Assembly: GCA_965178125.1 (NCBI GenBank)
Contig: OZ237756.1
Coordinates: 62,001 to 126,000, forward strand
Reading direction: 5' to 3'
Origin: Bilabrum cf. latius
Lineage: Eukaryota
DNA length: 64,000 nt
Made by a program: the position numbers and the translations under genes. Of the stretch, positions 24,227 to 37,586 are shown piece after piece. The notes under the pieces are model-generated. The model made no database searches, had not been told where the DNA came from, and worked only from the letters and a program-made list of their open reading frames with translations. Within the stretch, counting starts at the first letter, position 1. The number at the start of each line of letters is the position of its first letter.

Positions 24227-27200
24227 TCAAGACCTGATGCTTCGAACACGCCCGGTGGCTTTGTCGAATACCAGCCCGGCCCGCGCACCGCCGCTCCGTG
24301 ATGCCTCCACCAGCGAGCCGTTGCTGCCCCCGCTGCCGTCGCTGTCGCCAGAGACAGACCCACTGGCAGGCGACCCTACACCTGAGACCCCTGAGACCCC
24401 TGTGTGCGCTACACCGGCCCTAGCGTGATCCCTCTAGCCAGTGGCCCGCCTCTGAGACCCGCCCGACGAGTGCACCACTGGCACTCCTGCTGAGGAGTTT
24501 GCCTTGATTCGCCCCCTGGATTCTTTGCTGCTCCGACTAGAGGAAGTTGCCTTGATCCGTCCCCTAGATTCCTTGCTGCTTCTACTAGAGGCCCGCTCCA
24601 GCAGCCTGAATGACTGGCTTTTGCTGTCACTGACGCTGTGCTAGCTTGCAGTGGCCAATACAACTCTACTGCCGGTAGGACTCTAGTTCTTGAATCCGAC
24701 TCTAGCCCGAGAGGATGCACGCGCACCAACCCTCTTGGTCTCCAGCTCCCTTCCTTGCCTCAGGATGGGCCTTGGTGGAGAATTGAGTCGTGACGAGTGA
24801 CCTGTCACTGACCTGCAGCTCTGACTCCTCCTGAATCGTCGAGACAACCTTCCCAGCGAGTCGCTCTTACCACCTTCCCCCTCGCCCCCCGACCTCTTCC
24901 TTCCTTCACTTTTACTGTCGCTGCGCTTGGATCCCGTGCTGCCTACTAGCTAGCTCCGTGGATGAGACCCGATGTCTCTGTCTATATACTGCCGCTCCCT
25001 GGAGACCGCTGCCAGCAACCCGTGCTCGCTGGCAGCACGGCGCCCCATTGACCGTTCTGTCCCTGCCATCGATGCTCCCGCTCGGGCCCCGTGAGACCAC
25101 GACTTGGCGTCAGGTCTGATGAGACTCATACTGCTCCCACCGTCCTACCGTATCACAAACACCATCGCATCGGGGGGATCACTGTCACTGGCCTCCCGCT
25201 GTCTCTGCCTTTGCCCCACAGCCCCGCCCGGCTGCTCACTGCCGTGGTCCTCGTCCTCCTCTATGGGGTGCACTCTCCCGTCTGACCCGCGGCTTCCGTG
25301 TGGTTTGCTACCCCCCGACCTGGCCCTCTCCCCCTCTGGATCCCCCGGGTGCTGGAACCAGCAGTCCCCAGCAAACATCATGTGCACACAGTACCCAATA
25401 GTGGCCCCCGCCGCCATAGACACGCCCACAACGCCGGCCTGGCGCAGGGCAGCCACCATCCCATCATCCAACTGCGGATCAGGGGTAGGCTCCACCGATG
25501 GATCAAAGAGGTCCCAGGCGGCTTGCACCACCCTGGCAGCAGCCTCAGGAACATCATTATCGAGGACCGCGTTGCAATACACAAAGTGACACAGCTCGGG
25601 CTACTGTGCCTGCAGCTGCACCGGTCGCTCCTCGCTGCTCCAGTCAAGCATGTGCCCAAAGTTCACAGACACGCGCGCAGACGATAGCCAGCGCCCCGGC
25701 CGCCAGCTCTTGGCCAGTCTCAGCTTCAGGTAGTCCGGGTGGCTGTCCCCGGGACTGCCTGGGGCATCGAGCATGGCCACGGGCCAGCTGGCGGGGTCAC
25801 CTGAGAGGGCACTAGAGGTGGACAGCTGGCCCGACACGACGGTGGCAGTGCTTATGGCTGCCTGCACTGCTGACTAAATGTCACTGGCAGCGTACATCCG
25901 CTCGTTGCTCTGCATTCCCGCAGACCTCGCCATCTCTATGCTCTCTAGGAGCCGATCCACCCCGTGCTCCACAAACCCGCCCTCGAAAGTGGTGGCCCGC
26001 GGCACCTCCCCAGGGAAGCCCCCCAGCACCATCGTCCTGGCCCCCAGCTGCCGCTCGATCGTGCTGTAGAACTATCCGCACATGGACCCGCACAGCCCAT
26101 CCGTGACCAGCAATAGGTTGGACCTGTTGAGAGGCACCTGCTACCGGATGACCTCTTCGATGGAGCGGTCCGTCCGCAAGGCGCGCAGGGCCGACGGGTC
26201 GACCACACGCACTGGGAGCGAAACGGGATGTGACGTGCTCGTGTTCCGGTAGGCCTGCTTCCTCCCCGAGTCGTAGTACCACCGGTAGTAGGGGCGAGAA
26301 GTGGCCCCGGAGCTCCATGCCTGCCTGCCGTCCCTCCAGAACATGGACAGGGGGAAGGTCTCGAGCTGGCTGCTGCTCACCAGCTGCGGATAGGCCGATT
26401 CCAGCCGTGCCGCCGCAGCTGCCAGACCGGCCGAGGGCCGCAGCGCGTAAAGCGGGGAGGCTTTCTCCGGTCTCCTCGCCAGGTCCGGAGAGAGCTGCAC
26501 CGCGGCCAGCTGCCCGAGCAGGACGTTGCCGCCCCTGTTGCCCACGAGATCCAGCACCATCCCAGAGGCGCCGTAGCCCCTGTAGGCGCGGTGCGCCACG
26601 TCCGTGGACCTCCTGAAGAACCGGTTGATTCCCTCTGCATAGCACGCAGCTGCCTGGTCCTCCTGTTCCGGGGTAGCACACGGATTCTTGCTCACCCCCT
26701 GAAAGCACTCATCCAAGTACCCAGGCCGGAACGTGCCGAGCCGCAATACGATGAACGCTCTGATCCCCGGCGGAGGGTGCCCGAGCGCCAGCACGTCGGC
26801 CTCGTCTCCATGCAGCAGCTGGTCCCAGAACACGGCCGGGTGCGTGCCCTGGCTCCTGGCAGTGGTGCTGTCCTGCCAGCCCTGTGCCTGCGATGTGTCT
26901 CTGTCGGCGTTACTCTGGCTGGCCCGCTGCAAGGAGGCAGGGTCTGCCACATGCACCACGTGCACGCAGATGCCGTCCTCCATCTGCGTGTCTGACAGCA
27001 CACGGGAATGCCAGAGCAGCTTAGTCGCAGAGTGAGATTGGGCATCTTCCAGTCTCCTGCCTCCGTTGCCAAGAGCAAGAGCAGGTGGCGTGATGCCCTC
27101 TGGCGGGGCGGCAGCGCCACCTTGACTACCACCGGCGCGCCCCGCCTTGCTCCCAGGTTTCTGGCGCCGTAGATGCAGACCAGCAAGCTGCTTGACACGT

Positions 27201-28393
27201 TTTACTGGATGAATGCGACCGTTGGTAGCTCTCAGACCGTCCACTGCGGCGTGATCCGGCACACGGCTGTGCCCGTAGCTGGGAATTGCCGCAACCATTG
27301 CATGCGGCGCATCTGAGCTGGTGAGCTGCATGGCGCCAATAGGGGCGAGTACCTTCCGCTCGCTTAGTCCGAGGCGCGAAATGTTTTGATCAGGCTTCAT
27401 GCTTCCATGGTGCAGTTGTCTGCCAGTGTCAGCTGAATAGCCAACGCCAGTCCTCCCACCTGACAGGCACTGTGCACCTGTGGCAGCGATTACCGGACTC
27501 TCTGCCGCGCAAGCGGCTCTAAAGTCATTCAAACCGTCTGATGTGTACATGGGAAGTGCCCACCACTGTACGAGAACCTGTCGCAGCCTTCCGCTCGCTT
27601 CGTGCCGCAGCTGCAGCCGGACCGAGTCTTTCGCTGGCATGGCTGTCAGCCTCAAATCACGCACTGAAAATGTCATGTCCCGAACAGCTGACGTAAACCT
27701 TGCCCCTGATGACAAACTGTTACTCTCCCATCGATGCTGTGGATCGCTAGCAAAGTCCAGCAGGGCTTGTTCAGCTCTCTGTCCATCAAGGGACACGACC
27801 GTCCACCCAATGTACGGCACCAGCTCCTGCGCAATGGCTGATGTTACAGAGCTGCCGCCCAAGCGAAGCTCCTACAACTCGACTCGTATGGAGTTCTACT
27901 GGTATGAAACCGAAGGCCACACCGGTAAGATGGCAGCGATGGCGTAGCACCTCGGCTTCAAATACCCGGTGTGCATGTCTAGGAGTGGCCGCAGCTTGCT
28001 CTGTAATTGCTCATGGAAGTCCCAGTCTGTCTTGTACTAGCGGCCACGCAGCGATTGCACGTCTTTTAAGACATTGACTGGTTTGCTGTACGGATGAGCC
28101 CCTTCGAGCACTGGGTCCTGCAGCGAGTATTGCCGGAGGGCAGCGTACGTGTTAATGATGGAGGCATTCGCAACGCTGCCATTGAAGGGGAGCTGGTTGA
28201 AGCAGCTGCGCACTTGATTCATTGAAATAAAGCTGGAAATGTGCCCAACATCCGCACTGGTGGCGCCAGCCTCGCTGTCAGGCACTGACAAACCACTGAC
28301 TGGACGGAATGTGCATGCGTCTTGCGCTGCTACGCTCTGATAGATGCAAAGCCCAACTGCTAGGAGGGCGCGTGCATGCCATAATGCTTGCAT
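24227..28393 (-). CDS. Secreted/membrane-anchored peptidase S41-like protein (~1388 aa)
   Basis: Signal peptide MQALWHARALLAVGLCIYQSVAA. Motifs YKTDWDFHEQL..L.PLLDMH, LRLGTF, VLDLVGNRGG and LLVTDGLCGSMCG*F. One TM helix near 25380-25450, then an S/R-rich tail. About 12 in-frame TAGs; ends TGA 24227. Confidence 0.72.
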
Positions 28394-28583
28394 CACTGAG
28401 GCGAATTTAATCCATACTTTATCCTAAACGAGTCGTCCGCTGTGGCGCGTGCTCCACTCTCCGCGTCAGACAGGTGGTTGCAACCGCCCACTGGCACTGG
28501 ATTCAAGTTGGCCGGCGGTTTAGTGGCATCCGGATGGGATAATGCTGCGTATGTTGGGGATCAAACTCAGCACGTGTCTCGCC

Positions 28584-30827
28584 TCAGTCATCCTCCTCTT
28601 CATCATCGAACAGACCCGAATCATCGATGGTCGAGCCCTTCTTGGAATTCCCTTGCGCTTGCCCTGGGCCCCTCTGCGACCCCCGACCATGTCCAGCCCC
28701 TGACCCTGACCCTAAACCTGTCCCTGTCCCATCTGCGGGCCCATTGCTTTCGCCTGCCGTCGCACTACTGTCTCCTAGCATTGCCCCAATATCATCTTCC
28801 CCATCCTCATCCTCATCCTCATCCTAGTCATCGTCATCGTCCGCCATGGTTGCGGTACCCCCGCTTCCACCACGTGCACCACCGTGCGCTGCATCCTTGC
28901 CCCGGATCCCCATGGCTACTTGAGCCGCCAGCGCATCCGCTTCGTCATCCCCCGTCAGCGCAGCGCCCGTGGGGCCCGTCACTGCCTGCCGAGCGGCCCT
29001 CGCGCGCGACATGGCTGCGTCCGCCTCCGCACTGGCCCTGGCCGCAGCCTCCTGCTGCAGCTCCAGCTGCCTCTGGGCAGGGTCCTCGTACAGCAGCTGC
29101 AGGGCCATGCCCTCCGCCTACTGCACCTCCTGAGGAGCGGGCGCCCGCCGTGCCACGAACACGGGTTCCACCACCTGATCCTCTGCCCCCACGCCCATGG
29201 CCGCCTGCGCCGCAGTAGAGGACGCCACCTTCCCGCAGGTCGCCTTGGTCCTCACTGGTGCGAACCGCACCACGCCGCGGTCGTCGTCCCACCGCAGCAC
29301 CAGTGTCCTCTGGTTGGCCTGGGAAGCCGCCCCGCCCAGCACCACGAAATCCATCTCCCTGGCAAATTCCCTGACGCCTCCTCTTGCCCGGTACCTCCTG
29401 CGCTTGGTCCCAGCCAGGGGAGCCACCTCCTCTTCCTCTCTCTCCCCATCGCTCAAACCAGCATCATCCTCCGAGGGGGCATCCCCTTCCGCCCGCCGGT
29501 CCACCTCCGCTTGTTCCCTGGCCGCGGTCCCCTCGTCGTCCTGCCTCGGTACGTACACCCAGGCCAGGTCCCCCAGCCCCATGTAGGCCTCCCCCGATCT
29601 GTCCGCCCTCTCCCTCGCTTCCTTGGGCGTGCGGATCAGCACGTTCTGCAGGCGGCGGCGCTTGGCGGCACGGCCCAAGGGCTCTAAGCCCTTGGCCGCT
29701 CGTGCCTCCTCGTCGTCCACGGGGGCATCGAAGTCCACGTGCACCAGGCCGTCCGACCATGCCTGCGCGTCGGGCACGAGGGCCCAGGCCCGCTTGGGCC
29801 TAAGGCGGCGCTTCTTGGGGTCCGGGTGTCGCATGGAGGCCAGGGCCTGGGCGCGGGCAGAGGACGAGGACGAGGACGAGGACGAGGAAGAGGACGAGGG
29901 GGCGGATGATGCTGAAGACGAGGACGAGGAAGAGGAAGAGGACGAAGCAGCAGCGGCCCGGGGGAGCTGCATCTGCCCCGCCGTGTCCGCCACCGCGTCG
30001 AATTCGAGAGCCACCCTCTGCCCAGGGGTGAGCCCTTCCACGCTGCGACCTCCCGCCGCTGCCGCCGCGCTCTCCGCCTCGATCTGCCTCCTGGTGGCCT
30101 CGGCCCGCCTGCGGATGGCGTCTGCCTGGCCCTTGCCCCCGCCAGAGGCATCTCCCGTGGTGGCCTGCACGTTCTCGGAGAGATCTGAGAAGAAGAGCTT
30201 CGAGTGCATCATCCAGTCCACCTGCGAGGCCAGCTCCGTGCCAGAGACCTTGTTGGCGCGCTCGGCCTCATCTGCGAACTCGTCCGATGTGATGGCCGCG
30301 TCCAGCTCGTGCAGCTCCGGCAGCTTGCCATCTGGTCGGGGCGGAACTGCGAGGGAAAACATGGTCACGTTGTGCAATTGCAGAGAGCTGGTTTGGCAAA
30401 GTGAGTGGTGAGTATGAGCAGCATAATGGGTTTGACGGTGCTCACGCTCGCGCAAGCTAGGATCGATAATCAGCGCGCTAAAGTTAATTCCCAAGTCTGG
30501 TTCTGGGCGGATATCCCATTGGTAGGACTGCTCCATCGTCGGTCCCTCCGCTTCACTGTATCCAAACAGGCGATCTCGAGGCATCGGGTAGTGCACGAGC
30601 CTCGCCTCCGTGGGGGGATCGGGCAACGGGATCTGGAACTCCACAGGGCAGATAAAGGTGGCAGAATTTTTCATCTGATGCAGCTTGCTCCACGCTTCCT
30701 AAATATTGTGGTTTCGAATCACTCGCTGCCGGTACTCTGATACCCTCATACTACGTTCCTACCTGCGGCGCTGCCGCTCGGCTTCCGTCTCCCCAGCAGT
30801 GCCACCAACCTACATTGCCTATGCCAT
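28584..30827 (-). CDS. PAF1: RNA polymerase II-associated factor Paf1-like (~714 aa after removal of one intron)
   Basis: FICPVEFQIPLPDPP, PEPDLGI, HPDPKK..LRP..AWALVPD, VDFDAP and an acidic tail. TAGs at 30819, 30810, 30759, 30699, 29118 and 28824; ends TGA 28584. The start could instead be 30749 or 30674. Confidence 0.8.
30347..30445 (-). other. Probable 99-nt, frame-preserving, stop-free intron in PAF1
   Basis: GTGAGC donor (same as TPI intron 2) and TTTTCCCTCGCAG acceptor. Removal gives DPSLRELPPRPDG. Confidence 0.7.
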
Positions 30828-31634
30828 CTTGCCTGATAGTCTGACGTACAGGCGAATACACCCACGTTCCAGCCGAACTCAGTGCGCGGCATCTCAGCAA
30901 CGGCGCCGCGCACGCCGTGGTTCCGTAACAGGCGTCCAGGCAACGGGCAAACACACCAATACGATACACACGCTATACGCTATTGACACACAATGGAAGC
31001 ATGTGCTTTCATGGTTCTTTCCGTTTGTGGCAGTGAGGGCCGATGGATCCCCGGAGCTGCCCAACTTGCCTGACAGTTAGTCAGGGAAAATCGAAAATGG
31101 TGCATGCAGCGTCTATGTTTTCGAACACCAAACTCCTCGGCATAATCTGGCATAATGCTCTCTCTGTGATCTGATGTGACCTTCGCTGCCCATGCCTTGT
31201 CGAGGCGTTGTTCTCATCTCCTGAGCACCTTGCGCTTTGTAGAGCCCAACTACCACGCAATAATGCACTATGGCATATTTCGGGGTCGATAAGCGACTCA
31301 GTGCTTTTTGTTGACGTTCTCCTGCCATCTTGATTCGGAGAAGGGGAAAACCCAGCGCCTGTTCTATTCATATGCCATGCAAGCCAGCATCTTACCTTTG
31401 GATTCTGCGTTGTGGCATTACACAGCCGTTGAAACGACCAACATGAGATGATCAAGCAGAGTGATGGACTAGGGTCCCGAATTTTCGAGCTGCTCCGGGT
31501 GGTTAAAAAATGAATTAGGCCCTAGCGATGTGGGCATCCCATCCGCCACTTTAAGGGATCCTCGACCACATATCTGCATCAAATAATGGTACAGCGCTTG
31601 TGATTGATTTGATTGCTACATTAGGCAGGGAAAC

Positions 31635-34600
31635 ATGGCAGCTACTAGCTATGATGATATGATTGTGGACGACGGCCCAGGATGGTTTGGTTCCTGCGAC
31701 AGCGCGAAAGGGTTCCACCCGCTCAAATATTCTGGAGCAGAGCCAGTTCAACCTGCAATTATAGCTGCAAGCGCCTATACTGACATGTTTGACGGCGCGC
31801 AGGCACCTAGCAATGGCGGCAGGATTAGTACCACCCAAAGACGGGCCAGCCCGAGTTCGCTAGCATGGGATTCTTACAAGGAGCTCAGCCAGATTCGACT
31901 TAAGTCTGTAGGAGATTACGATAAGCATAAGAGGAACTAGCTTTTGGAAACGTTTGCGAAAAAGTTCAAGGACGCAGCAGTTGAGGCAGCTTTCAGGATC
32001 CCATCTGCCCTGTCGCGAGCTGCTGCGGAATCGGCTGCGGCAGGCACCTCAGCAGAGATAAACTTGACACAAGGATCTGCGCCTGATGACGATGTTTGCC
32101 TGCTGCCTGGCGCGGGTGGTATTGCGGGCGGCTTAAAAGCGACCCACCGGAAAAACGGGCTGTTTCTCAAGACCCCGGATGCAGCGTCGCCAATTTACCC
32201 GAACGAGGTCATGGCGGCGAAAGCAACCAAGCTAGAAGTAAGCGCGGCAAAGTATATACATTCCATGCGCGATCCTAGCGTCAACGGGGTTCCAATGACG
32301 GTGGTGGACGTGCCGTACGGGGACGTGCGAGGGGGTGGCAGGCAGGTGCAGCGAGTGCTAGTGCAGGGCATCGTCCCCATCAGCGAGGGCACTCTTAGGG
32401 TGGGCTCACCAGACGGTGGGGCCACAGTTCATAGCGATAGAAGCCTGCTCGATGTGGTCGTAATGCCGTTGGCACGAAGGTTCGGGCTGCACGGGCTGGA
32501 CTTGCCCGCTGCTCCTTTCTGGACCGTTTAGGAGCACTCGCATGAAATCGTGTTCGGCGAGGTAGATGCAGGAAGTTCAGATACGGGAACATGTCGTGGG
32601 GATGGCGCCGTGGGTACTGCGAGTAGCTCACTGGTGTCTGCAGAACCCCCGGCTGCAGCCGAACCCCCTGCTATCACAGTACAGCTGCCATCGCCTGCAT
32701 CTGGTGCAGGAGCAGACTGTCCTGCACGGCTGGACCAGCTGGCACTGCGGGGGGAAGATGGGGCCAGGGATGGGTTGGGAGAAGCTCGCAGCTAGGCAGT
32801 CGAACCAAGTACGGCAGGCCGAATCCCCGCAACCGGCGGCTCCCTCTTCCCATGTGACGTCAGCGGACCTCTTGCTGTCGTAGGGGAAACCACGCTGTCG
32901 GTGGCACATGCCTGCACCAGGAGTGTGGCCGAATTCATCGCTGCGAAGTGCCTGAAGAATTTGCGCGGTGGCCATCTCGCAGACCACGTTCAGCTGAACG
33001 AAACCGACACTTTCTTCTGCCCTCTCGTCTTCCCCACCCGCCGAGTAATCCACAGTGTTCGAACGAAGCAGCCACGGGAAGTGTCACCACCGGTGCTTCC
33101 ATTCGACGTGGAGGTGCACCAGCTGCCCAGCGGTGACCGAGTTGTCCTGGACACGCACCGGCTGCTCCTCCCCGATGTTGCCTGGAGCGACTGGGTGCGA
33201 CGGGCGAGTGATGCTGCTCCATGGGTGTTCTGCACCTACCCCAAGTACGAGTGGGGGCCGGTAAAATAGAAAGCGACCAATATATATGGCCGCCATGTGC
33301 CGCGTAACGGGTCATCTGAACCGCCCCGGCACGCTCGTGAGATCAACCCACGCTGGAGCGGGCCTCTCGGAACGGATCTTCGGTTCCTACTCGAGGCTCC
33401 TCACGTGAACGGGGTCATACGACAACTTGGCGCAGGCACTAAGGTGCCACCCGGGCTACTCGGGGAGCTGGAGTATGCCGTTCAAGAGTGGTGGGACCGC
33501 TGGAAGATGCGGCCTCCGACCGACCCACCCCAAGAAGACGTCTCCACATCTGCAACAGCATCGAGGACGGCTTCGCGTAGCCAGGGGGCACCCAGCACGA
33601 GTGGCGTCGTGGCGCACATCCCAAAACACGCAGAGTATTGCCCCTTTGAGCTGGCAGATCTAGACCTCTGCGTGAGAGCAATGCATGTCTGCCTCGGCAC
33701 TGGTTGCGTCGTGCTCCGAGGCGAGCTGCCTATGGGGGGTGCTGCTGCTGCCGGAAGCACAGATGGCTGGACCGGGTGTTCGGAAGCTGTCAAGCGGATG
33801 CTACCGCATGGGTTACCAGTATTTGTCGTAGCGTGTCCCCGTTGGTATTTTGGGGCGAGTTGCCACCTGACTTGCATGCTTCGTCCCGATGCTGGCACCC
33901 AGTCGAATCTCACTGCAGCACCCGACAGCGTGATGCGAGGTAGATGTAGCAAGGAAACTCGGTTTAGGGAAAAATCCGCGCTGCAGGCTGTCCAAGCATC
34001 GTTGCTAGGAGACGTGGTACGCGAGAGAAGGTCACGTTTCTATAGGAACACTGAGGAGACAGTATCACGGCAACAGGTCGTTCTCGAATGTCTCGCGAAG
34101 AGCCACTCTTTCCGCGACCAGGACTCAGCGAATGCCTTTGATCTAAGAAATCGAGCAAAGCGTGCGCTGCATTCGGCGGGGCTCAATCTCCGCTACCTTG
34201 GAATCATCGCGTAGTCAGTCCAAGGATGCGGGCTGAGTCCGCTCTGCAAACCGCCCTCTGTAGCTACACCACGGCGGTCGCACCGAAGCGAGTCTGATCG
34301 TATTGGAGTAGTACTGGGCGGCCTGCTTCCGTCTCCAGGATCTGCAGCTGGAGCGGCATTCCACGACTTTATTTTATCAGCTGCAGCAGCACATTAGTAG
34401 CAAGGGTGGCAGGTGAGTGCGGCTGTGCTCCGCTGCTGCTTGCTGGCCAGGGGCTTTGCCTGTCGAGGGATCGCGTTGGAGCCACATCCGGAGCATCTAG
34501 AGCTATCACAGCGCATTGTTATCGATTGGAAGGTAGACCACGAGTATAGGGTGACAATGGCACACGCCTGGCGTGAGACACCGCTGCCAAGTCTGGTGGC

Positions 34601-36935
34601 GCTACCCGCCGCTGCAGGAGGGGACGAGCTCGAAGCACGCCTGCTGCTCCAGATAGATCTGGAAGGACAAGGTCAGGATCCGTTTGATGAAGATGTTTTG
34701 CAGGCAGAACGGAAGCAGCGCCGCATCGCGAGACGGAAAGCTCAGAAGGCAGCGGCGAGGCTGGCGAGGAGCATGGAGCGCATGAGGCGCGACAGTTCTG
34801 GGTATGGCACAGTAGTCACAGGCTCCAGAGTCGGTGATGAACAGCAGAAAATTGTCGGTGTAGGCGAAAATAGCAAGAGTGAGCATGATGCTTGGGCGCG
34901 TGGAATGCGAGAGCTCTAGCATCTGTCGGTGTTCAAGGGCAGCAACTAGCTCAACTGGGTCAGGCAATTCTCCGAGGTGGTGCGAGCCAACGATAACCGC
35001 ATCATGGTTGGGCTCAGCTTCGAAAATGAATGGGAAAAGACCGTGCGAGCCTTACTTGTTCAGACTGGGCGGATACTTCTAGAGTCTCGGGTAGTCCAGG
35101 TCGGCAGGCGCGGCGCACGCAGCACCCTCGAAGTGCGCCATCCGGAGGGTATCCTGCACAGCGACCTGGCTTTTATTCGAAAGCATGCCCCGTTTGAGGG
35201 GGCGTTGATCCCTGAGGGTGACACTGCTCGCGCCTGGTGGCTCGCAGCATACCTGCTGCAAGCCGGCAGGCTGCACGAGCAGTGCTGCAGGCTGATTGTG
35301 CACGCTCTCTCGAATGCCGGCGAGCTAGGTGTGCAGCAAGATCGCAATATCACTGCTTTTCTTAACTTGGGCTTCGAGGCACTGAATGCCATCCTCCATG
35401 GGTTGTCAGGGAATTCAAGCTGCCAAACTGAGGCCAGCAAGCTGCAGGCAAGTCGAGGAAAGCTCATGATGGCTGCCGCACTTGCGCAGGCATGGCGAGA
35501 GGACGAACTTGTTCGTGCTTTACAATCCAACTCGGCTTCCGATGCGCAAGAATAGCCTAAGAGTGCTTCTCAGGGACTTGTGGACTTCGAATTCGATTCG
35601 GACTTCTCTATTGATAGCAGCCTAGACCTCCTAATGTCGGACATCAGCATCGACTTGGGCCCCGAGTTCGAACCATCCGAATCAGTAAAATTTGGCTATC
35701 CTTCTGGCGAGTCCGAAGAAGAGGAGACATTCGTTGCGCGGATATCACATAGGCATGCATTAGGGGAGAGAATTAATGTCAAGCAGAATGGTAGCGTCAT
35801 TACACCGCCGTACACACTTGCAAAGGAGAGCAAGGCTCTGCTGGCCGCTGTCCGGGATGCCGTAAGTGGCACGGATGTCAGAGAGAATAATTTGAATGTA
35901 GTAGCCATCATGTGGTACACCAGCCAGTAGGATGGGCTGAGTGTACCCCGTGATTCTGCTGCTTAGGCAGTAGCACTCGTGCGCCGCCTCGTCGATTAAT
36001 TGTGCAGCAAGCCTACGGACAATGACCGCTTTCCGTTGCTGAGGTGCTTGGCAGAGCTGGTGTTGAGGCTGTATGGCCGAAGATCGCCCGAGTACTACAA
36101 GGCAGTTGTAGCACTGATCAAGTGCTGTGAGCCATACATGCCTAGCGCATGCGGGACAAAGCTGCTAGCTAAGCTGAAACAAGATCGATACGCCCTGGCG
36201 ATCTCAGTGTTCGGAGAAGGCAGCCTGCAGATGATCGAGACCTTGCAGGCGAGTGGGGTCTCTGACTTGGACTGCTTTGGAGCAGTGGAAGGTACAAAGT
36301 TTGAGGGCATGCCGCACCACATTGAGATCCTCGTGCGACTGGCGCGTCAATACCTTAGGGATAGCAGCGATCTCGACGAGGCCATTCGAGCGGCATGGTG
36401 CGCGGTGAGGATGGCCGACAGGTACTGGAAGGAACCGTCATTAGGGTGGCTGGACGCGGCGCTATGCTTGTCCAGGTCCCTCTGCAAAGCATGGATGCCC
36501 TCATGCCGCAGCCCGGAGCCGGACTAGGCCTATGACGCTGTTTGGGAATCAGAACCGGTGGATCTCCCCGATCTGGACTACCCGAGTCTTTGCATTCCAT
36601 TGCAACGGAGAATAGTCAAAGTTGCTGCGGTGGTGCACGGCGAGGAAAGTAAATGCTGCTTGCATTCGATGCACATTCTTGCTGAGCAGCTGTGGATGGC
36701 GGGCGAGCTCCCAGCGGCGATAGATGTGTTGCGCAATCTTATCCGCATCCGAAAGTCTAGTGATCACAGATGGGGGGCTGACTGGGAATGGGATGAAGAT
36801 TTGCAGGCGTATTGGACAGACGAAGAAAAGCTCGATTGCATGGAGAAGCAGTTGCAACAACAGCAGCAGGAACGAGCCAGTGCTTCTAGCAGTTTGGAGG
36901 AGGTGCAATCGTGCGAAGTAGGACCACCGACCTGA
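31635..36935 (+). CDS. CLU (clustered mitochondria) central-domain-like protein with helical/TPR-like C-terminus (~1766 codons)
   Basis: Single frame with 13 TAGs and one TAA (35997). Motifs GDRVVLDTHRLLLPD and LHSAGLNLRYLG resemble CLU DGRxYxLDxxRxxPxD and HxxGINxRYLG. Ends TGA. Confidence 0.6.
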
Positions 36936-37586
36936 TTAAGCAAAACAATCAACTTTGAGAGATGCTTTCATTGAACAGCTTAAGTTTGTTGTGTCATTTT
37001 TCGCTAATCAGGCTGTTGAATCCGGAATCAGCTGGCGGCAGGGCTAGGCCGCTAGCGTCTCTGCATAAGCTTGGTCCGATGAGTCATTCGCATCAGTCAC
37101 GCTCGCGCACAACAATACAATGAGTGCAAAGCGAGTGCGGTTTAGGGCTAGACAGGCCTTGTTGGCCGCTCGCATGAAATCGTCTTGGGCAACCACTGGA
37201 GAGGGCAGAGTTTTGGCACAGCGGGCTACCTAGTGTTCCTTCACGTCGCCGTTCCACATAGATTCGGAAAAAGGCAAGCAGCAGCGTTAGTTTTACACGT
37301 ACGCTATGCTGCCGTGCGTAGTGGTAACTTTTGGGTGCGGCGTTGTGGCACTGGAATAGACTCGATAGCTTTTCAACACAGCTGTCGAAGAGGGAAAGAG
37401 AAGGTAAATTTGATGAAACGGGATCTGCATGTGCGAATAGCAATGCACGATGTGCTTGCTCTGATGGGACTTTGGCAATGGCGTACGTCACTACTGCCCA
37501 CGTCGTCAGGTATGTTGAAAGCCTCGACCACCCATGAATTGAATCAATATGGAGCGGTTATGGTATACTCGCATAGTCCAATCAAA

